A stretch of DNA of 64,000 nucleotides. Source: Thermodesulfobacteriota bacterium (lineage in GTDB: Bacteria > Desulfobacterota_D > UBA1144 > Nemesobacterales > Nemesobacteraceae). Shown here in pieces: positions 49,123-58,150 of the stretch. Under the pieces are notes generated by a model. It was not told the DNA's origin and ran no database searches. It saw only the letters and a program-made list of their open reading frames with translations. The position numbers and the translations under genes are program-made. How positions within the stretch are numbered: the stretch's first letter is position 1; every line of letters starts with the position of its first letter. The stretch spans positions 847,511 to 911,510 of the forward strand of contig OZ241964.1 of NCBI GenBank assembly GCA_965204035.1, read 5' to 3'.

Positions 49123-50082
49123 TTACGGCTGTTTCTTTGGTCCTAAAAATCGGTCTCCATCATAGTGGATCATATGATCCGGAGCTGAGGCTATCCACAC
49201 TTCAGTCTCCCAGGCAATTTCTCTCATGTGCTGGCGGAACTCCATAAAATCGGGGAAGGCGGTGACGTAGACCAAGCTGTTGGCGGTTCCGCCGAGCATT
49301 TTTTCGAATTCAACAATACGTTTCGGTGTCACGGGACCATGCGACGTTACTGCTTCAATGAGAAAAAGCCAGTTGCGTTTTTCATCGTATAAAACGACAT
49401 CAGGTAACTTGCCGTGGTCTGTAATTGAAATACGGGAATGGGATAGTCCTTCCTCATCTATAAAAAGATTCTTCTTTGCCGTATCGCCCAAGTAGAGTAG
49501 ACGTGCACCTGGTGCGAATCTGGGCGCGAATTCCTCAATGATGGATTTTTGAACTTCGTTGTGTTTACCGGGTGAGAGACGATACTCCGTGCCGTCAGAA
49601 ATCCTGATCGGCACTTTTACAATATCTCTATCGCGTCCGTAAATTTCTGTTAGAACACCGTGTTTTTGACGGAATTTTGCCACAGCGGTCTTCCACCTCT
49701 TGGTACCATGAAGTTGCACGACCGCCAACGCGGCTTTTGTTATGGCATAGTGAGTATTCGGACTGTTGGTAGGAAGATCAGGATTGAAGGGATTGTAGTC
49801 GGCGATGCGGCCCTGTATGAACTGATGAAGAACTTGGCGACGAAAAGTTTCCCGAGTATTAGCCGCATAATTAATCCCGAAATGTTCTCGGATGTAATCC
49901 ATTATTCCCTTGGTTATCGTGCAGGGCCTGCGTATTGCTTTTGACCAAGTGGAATCTGTCGCGAGTCCGCAAAGAGCGAGCAGGGTCATACCAGACATGC
50001 TGTTGCACTGAGGGGGTGGCATGCCCAGTGCTTCAAGGATTTCTTGAGCTTCTTTTACGCTAGCCAACTGCCAGGTCCCCAT
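49123..50082 (-). CDS. BsuBI/PstI-family type II restriction endonuclease
   Basis: YAANTRETFRRQVLHQF, LSPGKHN, FAPRFAPG, HGKLPDVV, EAVTSHGP and IAWETEVW. Confidence 0.9.
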   Translation of the reverse strand: MGTWQLASVKEAQEILEALGMPPPQCNSMSGMTLLALCGLATDSTWSKAIRRPCTITKGIMDYIREHFGINYAANTRETFRRQVLHQFIQGRIADYNPFNPDLPTNSPNTHYAITKAALAVVQLHGTKRWKTAVAKFRQKHGVLTEIYGRDRDIVKVPIRISDGTEYRLSPGKHNEVQKSIIEEFAPRFAPGARLLYLGDTAKKNLFIDEEGLSHSRISITDHGKLPDVVLYDEKRNWLFLIEAVTSHGPVTPKRIVEFEKMLGGTANSLVYVTAFPDFMEFRQHMREIAWETEVWIASAPDHMIHYDGDRFLGPKKQP

Positions 50083-51703
50083 GCGCTAGAACCGAAACCA
50101 TCTCCGTTATAACTTCGTCTAATCTCTGTATCGGGTTTTCTAAGCGTTTCATCTGATTTCCCAAAGCCACAATTACATTGTGTTCGGGCAATGGCATCGC
50201 GCGCAATTCTGTTGCACTGACTTGCGTGTTGCCATTTACGCATCGAAAGTAGCTGTCGAGAATGCTGCTGTTGTAGAAAGCTGCTAATCCCCAAGCTTCC
50301 TCTTCCGAAAGTACTCCGCCGGGACGATAAATATAATTCAGATGATTTTCGATTCCAATCTCGGGAACGGGGAAGTCCTCGGCGATATAGGGCGCTGCTA
50401 TCAGGCGCCGCGTTTCTTCTTTGGCGCTGAATCGTCGCATCAAAACATAGTTGTCGTTCGGTACCAACAGGGCCTTTGCTCCCTTCCTTTTCATATACTC
50501 CGGCTTTTGCTGATTTAACGGCCACTTTACCCGCATAGCGCAAACATGGTTCATCCAGACTAACGGTACGTGGGTTTTCGGAACGCATCCCTCGTTGTCA
50601 ACTAACTCCGTTGCGCGGAAGGGGATTACGGGCCCGGTTGAGATATTAAGCCCCAAGCTCCGCAAAGTGTTTGGCCATGAATTTACCAAGGCCAGAATCT
50701 GTATGTCCCTTTCAGATAGAGGAAGTCGTAATACCTTATCTACAGTGCTTGGATCAAGAGATACTCTCATCGGAACTGTCAGGTGGGCTGGTTCTTGGAT
50801 ATCCCTAACCCCGCAGCTTGAAGAAATATTCAGTACTACTTGGGTTTCATCTTTATACCAGTGATCTTGGCGAATGCCCACGAAGACAATATTTTCCTGC
50901 AGAACATCGTCACGACTGAAAGCATCGCGTCGTGATCCAAATACATGAACTTTGGTTGGAAGGATGATGTCGAACAATACCGCACGAAAACGCTGAAAAT
51001 ATGGACCGGAAGCAAAACTGCGAGGTGTTATGAAAATAAAATCCCCACCCTTTCTTAAAAGTGCAGCACTGACGGCCATGAACAGTGCGTAGATGTTAGG
51101 CTGCCCGTGGACCACCTTGGATACAGCCATAGCGCGCGGGTCAGACTTGGCGATTTTGAAATAAGGAGGATTGGAGATAACTATATCAAAACCCTGATCG
51201 TCTGATTCGTAGGGAATCAGGCCATGCACGAGCCAAAGGGCTTCTGCTTGCGCAACCAGGAAATCGACATTTTTGATTCGTACTTTGAGATCTACTCCGT
51301 GCTCAGTACGGCACCAAGTGGCTAAATAGTCCAGAGTGGCTTTTAGGGGGGCAATAAGTTCGGGATCAACCTCGTATGCCAGAAGTTCAATTGACTGCGG
51401 CCTTGGTTGGCGTATAACAAGAGTTTCAACTGCGGCGCAGCAGAGAATCCCTGCGCCTGCGGCAGGATCTAGAATCCGCATACCGCTTCCCGACACTGTG
51501 ATTTGTTCAGCCATGAATTCTGCGACAGGCACAGTGGTGAGATAGAGACCATGCTTCTTGCGATATGCTTGTGGTTTAGATGCGATATACCATTCACCAA
51601 CGCGGTCGGCATATAAGGTCGGCTGCTCGTTGTGTAGAGGCGTTGGAATGGTTGAGTCAAGTGATAATTCTTTAAGGTTGGTGGACATTCTCTGCTCGTG
51701 CAT
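50060..51703 (-). CDS. Cognate N6-adenine DNA methyltransferase (BsuBI/PstI, Eco57I-type domain)
   Basis: ILDPAAGAG (motif I) precedes ISNPPY (motif IV); NGNTQVSATEL; overlaps the REase. Confidence 0.9.
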   Translation of the reverse strand: MHEQRMSTNLKELSLDSTIPTPLHNEQPTLYADRVGEWYIASKPQAYRKKHGLYLTTVPVAEFMAEQITVSGSGMRILDPAAGAGILCCAAVETLVIRQPRPQSIELLAYEVDPELIAPLKATLDYLATWCRTEHGVDLKVRIKNVDFLVAQAEALWLVHGLIPYESDDQGFDIVISNPPYFKIAKSDPRAMAVSKVVHGQPNIYALFMAVSAALLRKGGDFIFITPRSFASGPYFQRFRAVLFDIILPTKVHVFGSRRDAFSRDDVLQENIVFVGIRQDHWYKDETQVVLNISSSCGVRDIQEPAHLTVPMRVSLDPSTVDKVLRLPLSERDIQILALVNSWPNTLRSLGLNISTGPVIPFRATELVDNEGCVPKTHVPLVWMNHVCAMRVKWPLNQQKPEYMKRKGAKALLVPNDNYVLMRRFSAKEETRRLIAAPYIAEDFPVPEIGIENHLNYIYRPGGVLSEEEAWGLAAFYNSSILDSYFRCVNGNTQVSATELRAMPLPEHNVIVALGNQMKRLENPIQRLDEVITEMVSVLAHGDLAVG

Positions 51704-52144
51704 TGGCGTTGTTCCTGTTGAAAATAACCATTCGTTCTGCTCAGCTCCCCGCCATCATTATGCCATGGATTCAAGGCTAGTTAAAAAGTTTTGGGCTGCC
51801 TGAAAAGCCTTTTTCCCCAATACTATATTATGCCCGAAAAGAGACCATAAAACACGGGAATTTCCCTGCGAAGCATTTGCGCTGCAATTTCCGGCTTCTG
51901 GAACAAATCAGCCGGTTTTCAAGGGTTTTTATCGAATTTATGGGGTAAAAAACTTTATGCCCCTTGCAAATCCCCTTGACCTATATGCACATTCTCAACT
52001 ACGCAAATGTCTCTAGGAAAGGGCTTTGAATTAAATTTTGTGAAAGCCAGTTCAGCTTTACTGTACGATTCATATTACACTGAATTACAAGAGATTGCAT
52101 GATATGCTATCGTAATACGAAACAAGACGTCTTTGGAGGTTCTG

Positions 52145-52408
52145 ATGGCAAGATCAAGATTGATTTCGTTCCGTGCCGATGAAGAGGTTAATGAGTTGCT
52201 AGACCAGTTGGTAAAAGCAACTGACCGAACCAAAACATGGCACATAAAAGAGGCCTTACGAAAGTATTTATATCTGCACGCTTGGCAGGTTGAAGAAGTC
52301 CGCAAGTCGCTTGAAGATGTCGAATCCGGCCGGCTTATTAACAATGATGACCTTTACCGATGGATCAGTTCATGGGGTGAAGATAACGAAGGCGAAGCGC
52401 CCGCATGA
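52145..52408 (+). CDS. CopG/RHH antitoxin
   Basis: ISFRADEE...TDRTKTWHIKEAL...WQVEEV; GGAGG RBS; ATGA-coupled to the toxin. Confidence 0.85.
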   Translation: MARSRLISFRADEEVNELLDQLVKATDRTKTWHIKEALRKYLYLHAWQVEEVRKSLEDVESGRLINNDDLYRWISSWGEDNEGEAPA

Positions 52409-52689
52409 AAATTTTTTGGACCGTAAATGCGGTACAACATCTTAAACATATACGAACTTACATAGGCGAGCGGAATCCCGAAGCAGCTTCTGGGGTTGGA
52501 AATCTGATTCAGGAAGCGGCCGACGAACTGGCAGATTTCCCTTCAATTGGAAGACCGGGCCGTTTACCCAATACTCGTGAACTGACAATTCCAGGTTTAC
52601 CTTTCATCCTGTGTTATACGGTGGAGGAAAACTGCCTGATGGTTCTTGCGTTCATGCACGCATCACGCAAATGGCCGGACGGTTTTTAA
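52405..52689 (+). CDS. RelE/ParE-family toxin
   Basis: MKIFWTVNA..L..I..YI, FPSIGRPGRLPNTREL and HASRKWP. Confidence 0.88.
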   Translation: MKIFWTVNAVQHLKHIRTYIGERNPEAASGVGNLIQEAADELADFPSIGRPGRLPNTRELTIPGLPFILCYTVEENCLMVLAFMHASRKWPDGF

Positions 52690-52797
52690 GCGGGCGCGAG
52701 AAAACACTTTTTTCAGCGGACATTACTTGACAATTTGTGAAAAATTCCGAGGATTATCGTTGAACGCGCAGCCCGCGTAATCTTATATGAACTTGCC

Positions 52798-53628
52798 ATG
52801 TCGGACATAAATGAAGTTGGAACAACCGCGTTTGCCGTAGCCTGCTACAGGGAAATGGAAAGAAACCGTGAACACCGCGTGTTCAACGACCCCTACGCCC
52901 ACTGGTTTGTTACGGACGAGATAAGGGAAAAGATTGACAAGGTAACCAAAATTCTTCCGGAATCGGTTGAAATTCTCCGTTACCGCTTCTGCATACTGGA
53001 TGAAATCACAAGGCGCGAGATTCAAGCCGGCATGAAGCAGGTTGTCATACTCGGCTGCGGGTTTGACATGCGCTCCCTGGTTTTTGAGACCGAGGGGGTG
53101 CGCTTCTGCGATGTTGATCAGCCGGCCCTTCTGGAGTTCAAGCACAAGGTTCTTGAAAGTCACGGCGTTACTCCATGCGCGAGCATACCGTGCAACTATC
53201 TTGAAGTTGACCTGCCGGAAGAACTTGCCAAGGCGGGTTTTGACGTCAACTCCCCGATACTTTTTCTATGGGAAGGAAACAGCATGTATCTTCCCATTGA
53301 GCTGATCCACAGTTTCTTTGACAGTCTGTGCGCCGGAATTTCCTCGTTCAAAATCGCTTTTGACTACTACCCGTTGAGCGTCATTAACAGGACCTACGAG
53401 AACCCTGAGGTTGTCAGGGCAGCTGATATGTTTCAGAAAACTTTCAATGTGACCTGGGTGACAGGGTTTGATGACCTAAGCGTTTTTGAAAAGCGCCATG
53501 GCATGAAGGTAGAGGAATCGAAGGAACTGCTTGAAGTCGGGAAACGGGTCGCCCCGGAAGCCGTGGATTCCGTTGCCGCTCTTGCCGGTGTGTACAGCTA
53601 CGGGATCCTGAATTGTAGAGATGCTTAA
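52798..53628 (+). CDS. SAM-dependent methyltransferase (leucine carboxyl methyltransferase-like)
   Basis: FNDPYA, QVVILGCGFDMR, DVDQP and LWEG motifs. Confidence 0.85.
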   Translation: MSDINEVGTTAFAVACYREMERNREHRVFNDPYAHWFVTDEIREKIDKVTKILPESVEILRYRFCILDEITRREIQAGMKQVVILGCGFDMRSLVFETEGVRFCDVDQPALLEFKHKVLESHGVTPCASIPCNYLEVDLPEELAKAGFDVNSPILFLWEGNSMYLPIELIHSFFDSLCAGISSFKIAFDYYPLSVINRTYENPEVVRAADMFQKTFNVTWVTGFDDLSVFEKRHGMKVEESKELLEVGKRVAPEAVDSVAALAGVYSYGILNCRDA

Positions 53629-53750
53629 TCCGACTCCAGGGCTTTGGCTGTTTTTCCTCTGACTGCGCAGTACGGGTCCGAAACATGCTGTGCCCCAGGT
53701 TCCTCCGCAAAGGTTAAACTGTATATTGCGATGTAACAGGAGGCGATATA

Positions 53751-53996
53751 ATGACCGAATCTTCCATAACGAAAAAAGGACAGACGACCCTGCCGAAATC
53801 TGTTCGTGAATTCCTTGGGCTTCGGGCCGGAGACAAGGTGCGTTATTTCATTGCTGACGATGGAGTGCGTATTATGCCTGTGCGGAGCGTTAAACGACTG
53901 TGCGGCGCACTGCAGTACGATGGTTCTACGGTCACCCTTGAGGAGATGGAGCGGGCTATCGCGGAGGGGGCGTGTGAGGGAAATGATCGCGCTTGA
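53751..53996 (+). CDS. AbrB/MazE-type antitoxin
   Basis: SSITKKGQTTLPKSVREFLGLRAGD; AGGAGG RBS. Confidence 0.88.
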   Translation: MTESSITKKGQTTLPKSVREFLGLRAGDKVRYFIADDGVRIMPVRSVKRLCGALQYDGSTVTLEEMERAIAEGACEGNDRA

Positions 53997-54147
53997 TGCC
54001 AACATTCTGGTCCGTTATCTGACATGCGACGGCACCAAACAGTTCTAAGTGGTGGGGACCCTCTTGGAATCGCTCACTTTGTATGCATCAGACCGGAAGT
54101 TCTCACGGCTTGAGGGTGTTTCACTGTTAGACGGCCACGCAAGCTGA
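53983..54147 (+). pseudogene. Decayed VapC/PIN toxin (nonsense codon plus large internal deletion)
   Basis: Reads MIALDANILVRYLTCDGTKQF*VVGTLLESLT, joined in frame to a VapC-like C-terminus LYASDRKFSRLEGVSLL. Confidence 0.75.
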
Positions 54148-54173
54148 ATTGCTCCCTGAAGAGTTATCGCACC

Positions 54174-54929
54174 CTAAAACTTTTTCCAGAAGTCTATTCC
54201 CAGCGCGTCAAATATTTTCTGACCGTAGATATTCAGGTAGTGAATCTCATTTGAAAACATCATTATTCCTATGATTACAAGTCCCGAGCCTATTGCGTAC
54301 TTATAATACGGGTAATACCTTCTGATGCTTCCAAAGGATCTCATGGCGCCGTTAAACGCAAGACCGACCAGCATGAACGGTATGCCGATCCCGAGTGAGT
54401 AAACCGCGAGCAGCCCAACCGCGTTTAGCGTTCCTTCAACCGTGCTTGCGTAAAGGAGTATGGAACCGAGAATAGGTCCTACGCATGGCGTCCAGCCAAA
54501 GCCGAACGCCAGGCCGAGAATATAAGTTCCGAGGAGATTTCCCCTTTCCCGAGGAAGAGAGATTTTACGTTCTTTCTCAAGAAACGGGATCTTTACGATC
54601 TCCATTACGAATATTCCGAAAAGGATTATGAATATTCCGGCTATCCTGAGCAAAAAAGTCTTGTTGCCCGAGATCAATCCCCCAAGCTGGGAGGAGAATG
54701 CGCCTAGGGAGATAAATACGGTTGAGAATCCAAGTATGAAGATAAGACTTGGTACGACAACCCTTGAGAATTTGGGCAGGTTCCGAGTGTCTGAAAGATC
54801 CTCGTACGAGAGATTCGTTACCACTGAAAGGTAGCCCGGCATAAGCGGAAGAATACAGGGAGAAAGAAACGCGATCACTCCGGCGAAAAAAGAAGCAACT
54901 ATTCCCACATCTACGATTTCGGGATTCAT
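54174..54929 (-). CDS. ccdA: Cytochrome c biogenesis protein CcdA (DsbD TM domain)
   Basis: FLSPCILPL and FGWTPCVGPIL motifs. Confidence 0.92.
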   Translation of the reverse strand: MNPEIVDVGIVASFFAGVIAFLSPCILPLMPGYLSVVTNLSYEDLSDTRNLPKFSRVVVPSLIFILGFSTVFISLGAFSSQLGGLISGNKTFLLRIAGIFIILFGIFVMEIVKIPFLEKERKISLPRERGNLLGTYILGLAFGFGWTPCVGPILGSILLYASTVEGTLNAVGLLAVYSLGIGIPFMLVGLAFNGAMRSFGSIRRYYPYYKYAIGSGLVIIGIMMFSNEIHYLNIYGQKIFDALGIDFWKKF

Positions 54930-55639
54930 GCCGGGTTTCTCTCCCCGTTGTTCTCGGTACGGATTTCTTGATCTTTCAAAAGAATTTGCTCCAGTCTGCG
55001 CCCAAGATTCATGTCCCTTGTCATTATATCCTTTATGTTTATATCTTTTTCCTCATCAATATCCGAAAGTTCTCTCATGACGGCGTGGCGCAACCCGTTT
55101 TCCCTCATGCGTCTTTCAGTTTCCTTAAATACTCGGGCGCTGCTCCATTGTATTTCCTGAAAAACCGCGTCCATTTTCCTGCATAGCCCGAGGAGGTAGT
55201 ATCCCCCGTCGGTTGCCGGACCCAGCACCGCTTCAAATTGCCCTCTCGAGAGCAGCGAGAACGCTGTTTCCAGATCTTCTTCGGTTATCATCACGCAGTC
55301 TGTGCCTATGATGACGACATTTCTGAATCCCAGTGAAAAACATTTCGCAAACGCGCGGGACATTTTCTGCCCGAGAGAACCTGTCCCCTGTGCAAAAAAG
55401 AAGGCCTCTTTGTCTCCCAGCCACTCGAGGACTTCTTTTTTTCTTTTCTTGGGAGCGTAGAAAAAAAAAGTCGCCCAGTTCTCCTGACCTGAAAAGGAGT
55501 TGGCGACGAAATCTGCCACCTCACGGTAGAGTTCCGCGGCCCTCAGGTCCCCTATGTCTTTTCCCAGACGCGTCTTTACTTTTTTCGTTTCCGGATACTT
55601 AAGAAAAACGATCAGGGCGTTATCGTTTTTTCGCGACAT
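54926..55639 (-). CDS. TIGR04282/DUF2064-type glycosyltransferase-like protein (arsenosugar-cluster associated)
   Basis: VKTRL, LGQKM..AF, IIGTDC, LGPATDGGYYLLG, WSS and DID motifs. Start at MSRKND. Confidence 0.85.
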   Translation of the reverse strand: MSRKNDNALIVFLKYPETKKVKTRLGKDIGDLRAAELYREVADFVANSFSGQENWATFFFYAPKKRKKEVLEWLGDKEAFFFAQGTGSLGQKMSRAFAKCFSLGFRNVVIIGTDCVMITEEDLETAFSLLSRGQFEAVLGPATDGGYYLLGLCRKMDAVFQEIQWSSARVFKETERRMRENGLRHAVMRELSDIDEEKDINIKDIMTRDMNLGRRLEQILLKDQEIRTENNGERNPA

Positions 55640-55656
55640 TGCGCAGAGCCCCGGAA

Positions 55657-56751
55657 TCAGGATACCGTCTGTCCGCCGCAACTGCTTCCGCCCCCGGCGG
55701 TGCAGCCGAAACAGTGAACGCCGAATCTTATCTTTCTTCCGATCATCTTGCGGAGGTCGAAATTGAATATGGTAAGACCCCCGCTGCCGTTCCGGCATTG
55801 CATATCAAGCATCTGGTTAAAGTCGCAGTCGTAGATTTTTCCGTCGTGACTTACGCTTAAGAGGTTCCGGCACATTATGCCGTCAACGGCTTTGGGATTA
55901 AAGGCGTTTACGAGCTTTTCGATGTATTCTTCGTAGGCGTTCTGTCTTTTCAGTTCCTGCTCGAACCTGTTGATCGGCATATTGGTAATGGTGTATAGAT
56001 TATCGAACCTTATGCCGTAATTCTTTTTGAGCTTCGCCTTGAAATCCGCTTCAAGACTCCTCTGGTCCGGGGGGAGGAAGGTCCCGACGGGGTTGTATAC
56101 TAGGTTGAGTTTGAGTTCTCCGCCCCCGTAGCCTTCGCTGTTAAGCATTCTCAGGGACTCTATGCTTTTTTCGAAAACCCCTTCGCCCCTCTGCTTGTCC
56201 GTGAAGTAGCTGCTGTAATATGGAAGCGAGGATATGACCTCGACGCGGTTTTCGGCGAAAAACCCCGGTATGTAAGCTTTCTTCTCTCCCGTCCGGGGGT
56301 TTCCGTCGAGAGTGACGGTCAGGTTATGCCTTACCATCACGTGTTTACCAAGCCTTCTGGCTTCCCTTACGAAATAGTCAAAATGGGGGTTTAGTTCCGG
56401 AGCTCCGCCGGTCAGGTCAAGATTTTTAATGCAGTCGTTTTCGCTCAGTATTTCAAGACATCTGTCTACGGACTCAAGGCTCATCTGTTCCGTTCTCCAA
56501 GGCGAGGAATCCACGTGACAGTGGGTGCAGGCCTGGTTGCAGAGCTTTGTTATGTTTACCTGCAGGGTTTCAACCGTAACAGGGTTGATATTGAGGCCCT
56601 GGTCGGTCAGTTTCCGGGAAAAATCATGATTGTTTATTTTGGCTTTCTCTTCGGTTTTCGTTCTTTGGCTCATTTTGAAACCATCCAGCGGGGCAGGTTC
56701 TATTATCTGCGTTTTTTCTTGAACTATCCAGTACCGTTTGGAAGTTCCCAA
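55657..56751 (-). CDS. arsS: ArsS-type radical SAM protein with Cys-rich C-terminus (start may be 56673)
   Basis: CNQACTHC, DLTGGAPE, YDCDFNQML and HCFGCTAGGGSSCGG motifs. Confidence 0.85.
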   Translation of the reverse strand: MGTSKRYWIVQEKTQIIEPAPLDGFKMSQRTKTEEKAKINNHDFSRKLTDQGLNINPVTVETLQVNITKLCNQACTHCHVDSSPWRTEQMSLESVDRCLEILSENDCIKNLDLTGGAPELNPHFDYFVREARRLGKHVMVRHNLTVTLDGNPRTGEKKAYIPGFFAENRVEVISSLPYYSSYFTDKQRGEGVFEKSIESLRMLNSEGYGGGELKLNLVYNPVGTFLPPDQRSLEADFKAKLKKNYGIRFDNLYTITNMPINRFEQELKRQNAYEEYIEKLVNAFNPKAVDGIMCRNLLSVSHDGKIYDCDFNQMLDMQCRNGSGGLTIFNFDLRKMIGRKIRFGVHCFGCTAGGGSSCGGQTVS

Positions 56752-56790
56752 GATTTTCTGCCGAGGCCTCTTTGTTTCCCGGTTCCGTTT

Positions 56791-57126
56791 CTAAAGGGCG
56801 CGGTTTTTTTTCAACGTGTTGTGCATCTGGATCGCATGGATGAGTTTTATGCCGGCCGACATTGATGCGGCAACATGTACCGCTTCGGTCATCTGTTCGG
56901 GGTCCGCTCCCGTCTCAAGACACTGCGTGGTGTACGCGTCTATGCAGTAAGGACATTTTTCGGTGTGCGCCACGGCCAGGGCTATGAGCGCCTTTTCCCT
57001 TTTCGTAAGCGCCCCTTCTTCGCCCGTTGCCGAGTTGTAGTACTCGAAAAACTTATCCATGAGATCTTCTCCAAACTCTCCGATCTCGGAGAATCTCTTT
57101 AGATCTTCGGGGTTATAATAATCCAT
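56791..57126 (-). CDS. AhpD/carboxymuconolactone decarboxylase-like protein (ArsS-associated peroxidase-like)
   Basis: GALTKREKALIALAVAH..KCPYCIDAY, EQMTEAVHVAA. Confidence 0.85.
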   Translation of the reverse strand: MDYYNPEDLKRFSEIGEFGEDLMDKFFEYYNSATGEEGALTKREKALIALAVAHTEKCPYCIDAYTTQCLETGADPEQMTEAVHVAASMSAGIKLIHAIQMHNTLKKNRAL

Positions 57127-57227
57127 CTTTCTTTCTCTCCCGTCTCTTTGTTCTGAACATGCTCTCTTTATAAAGGGTCCTCTCGAAAGTAAAATACCAC
57201 AATATCTTATGAATCAGGAAAGCGGTA

Positions 57228-57896
57228 ATGATAAAAGCGGTCATATTCGATTTTGACGGAATAATAGTTGACAGCGAGCCCCTGCACCTCAGAGCTTTTC
57301 AGAGAACTGTGGAGACTCTCGGATTAAAACTCTCGCCCACGGACTATTACTCGCGGTATCTTGCCTGCGATGACAAGACTTTTTTCAGAAAGTTCCTTGA
57401 GGATAACGGACAACAGGGCACGGAGGGGGAGATCGTGCGGCTTGTGGAAGAAAAAGGCGTCTGTTTTGAAGAAATGATGGGGGAGGGCATAAGAATTTTC
57501 CCTGGGGTTGTCGAGTTCCTGGAAACCATCCGGGGCAAATTTCATACGGCGATAGGTTCGGGCGCTTTAACCGGAGAGATTAATCTCATATTGGGGAGAA
57601 GGGGTCTTTCCGAGTTTTTCGATTTTGTAATAGGGGCCGATGATACGCAAAACCCCAAGCCGTCCCCCGAGGTCTACCTTAAATGTCTTGAGCAGCTCAG
57701 GAGAGATTATGACGGCGCTATAACCGCCGGGCAGTGCGTCGTGTTTGAAGATTCTCCCCACGGCGTTCTGGCGGCCAAAAGAGCCGGGATGAGATGTATC
57801 GGGATTACCAACTCGTGTTCCGGTGGCGAACTCAAGCTTGCTGACCGAGTAACAGAAAGTTTCTTTGAAGTAGTTGATGATTTCCCCGAATTTTGA
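57228..57896 (+). CDS. HAD-family phosphatase
   Basis: FDFDGIIVDS, KPSPEVY and FEDS motifs. Confidence 0.9.
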   Translation: MIKAVIFDFDGIIVDSEPLHLRAFQRTVETLGLKLSPTDYYSRYLACDDKTFFRKFLEDNGQQGTEGEIVRLVEEKGVCFEEMMGEGIRIFPGVVEFLETIRGKFHTAIGSGALTGEINLILGRRGLSEFFDFVIGADDTQNPKPSPEVYLKCLEQLRRDYDGAITAGQCVVFEDSPHGVLAAKRAGMRCIGITNSCSGGELKLADRVTESFFEVVDDFPEF

Positions 57897-58150
57897 ATAT
57901 AGTTCCACCTTCCCGCAGAATCTCTTTTAATGCTTTTCCCTTCTGCCTGCGTTTAAGCTTCTCTATCTTCTCCACCCAAAGCGCCTTAACTGTAAAGAGT
58001 GCGTTACATGACCGGTTCTTAAGCGCGCGAGTTGGCTGGCTGAACAGAGATTTGAAATGCACATTTATCTTGGTTACATTGATTGCATATACCTAGACTG
58101 ACCGACATATTACTGATATGTGAAGCCTGTAATCAGGAGGTAAGTGTTTC

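Noticed and set aside
55657-55700. Possible selenocysteine read-through at the ArsS C-terminus
   Set aside because: The relevant position is TGC (Cys), and the TGA lies after the complete motif.
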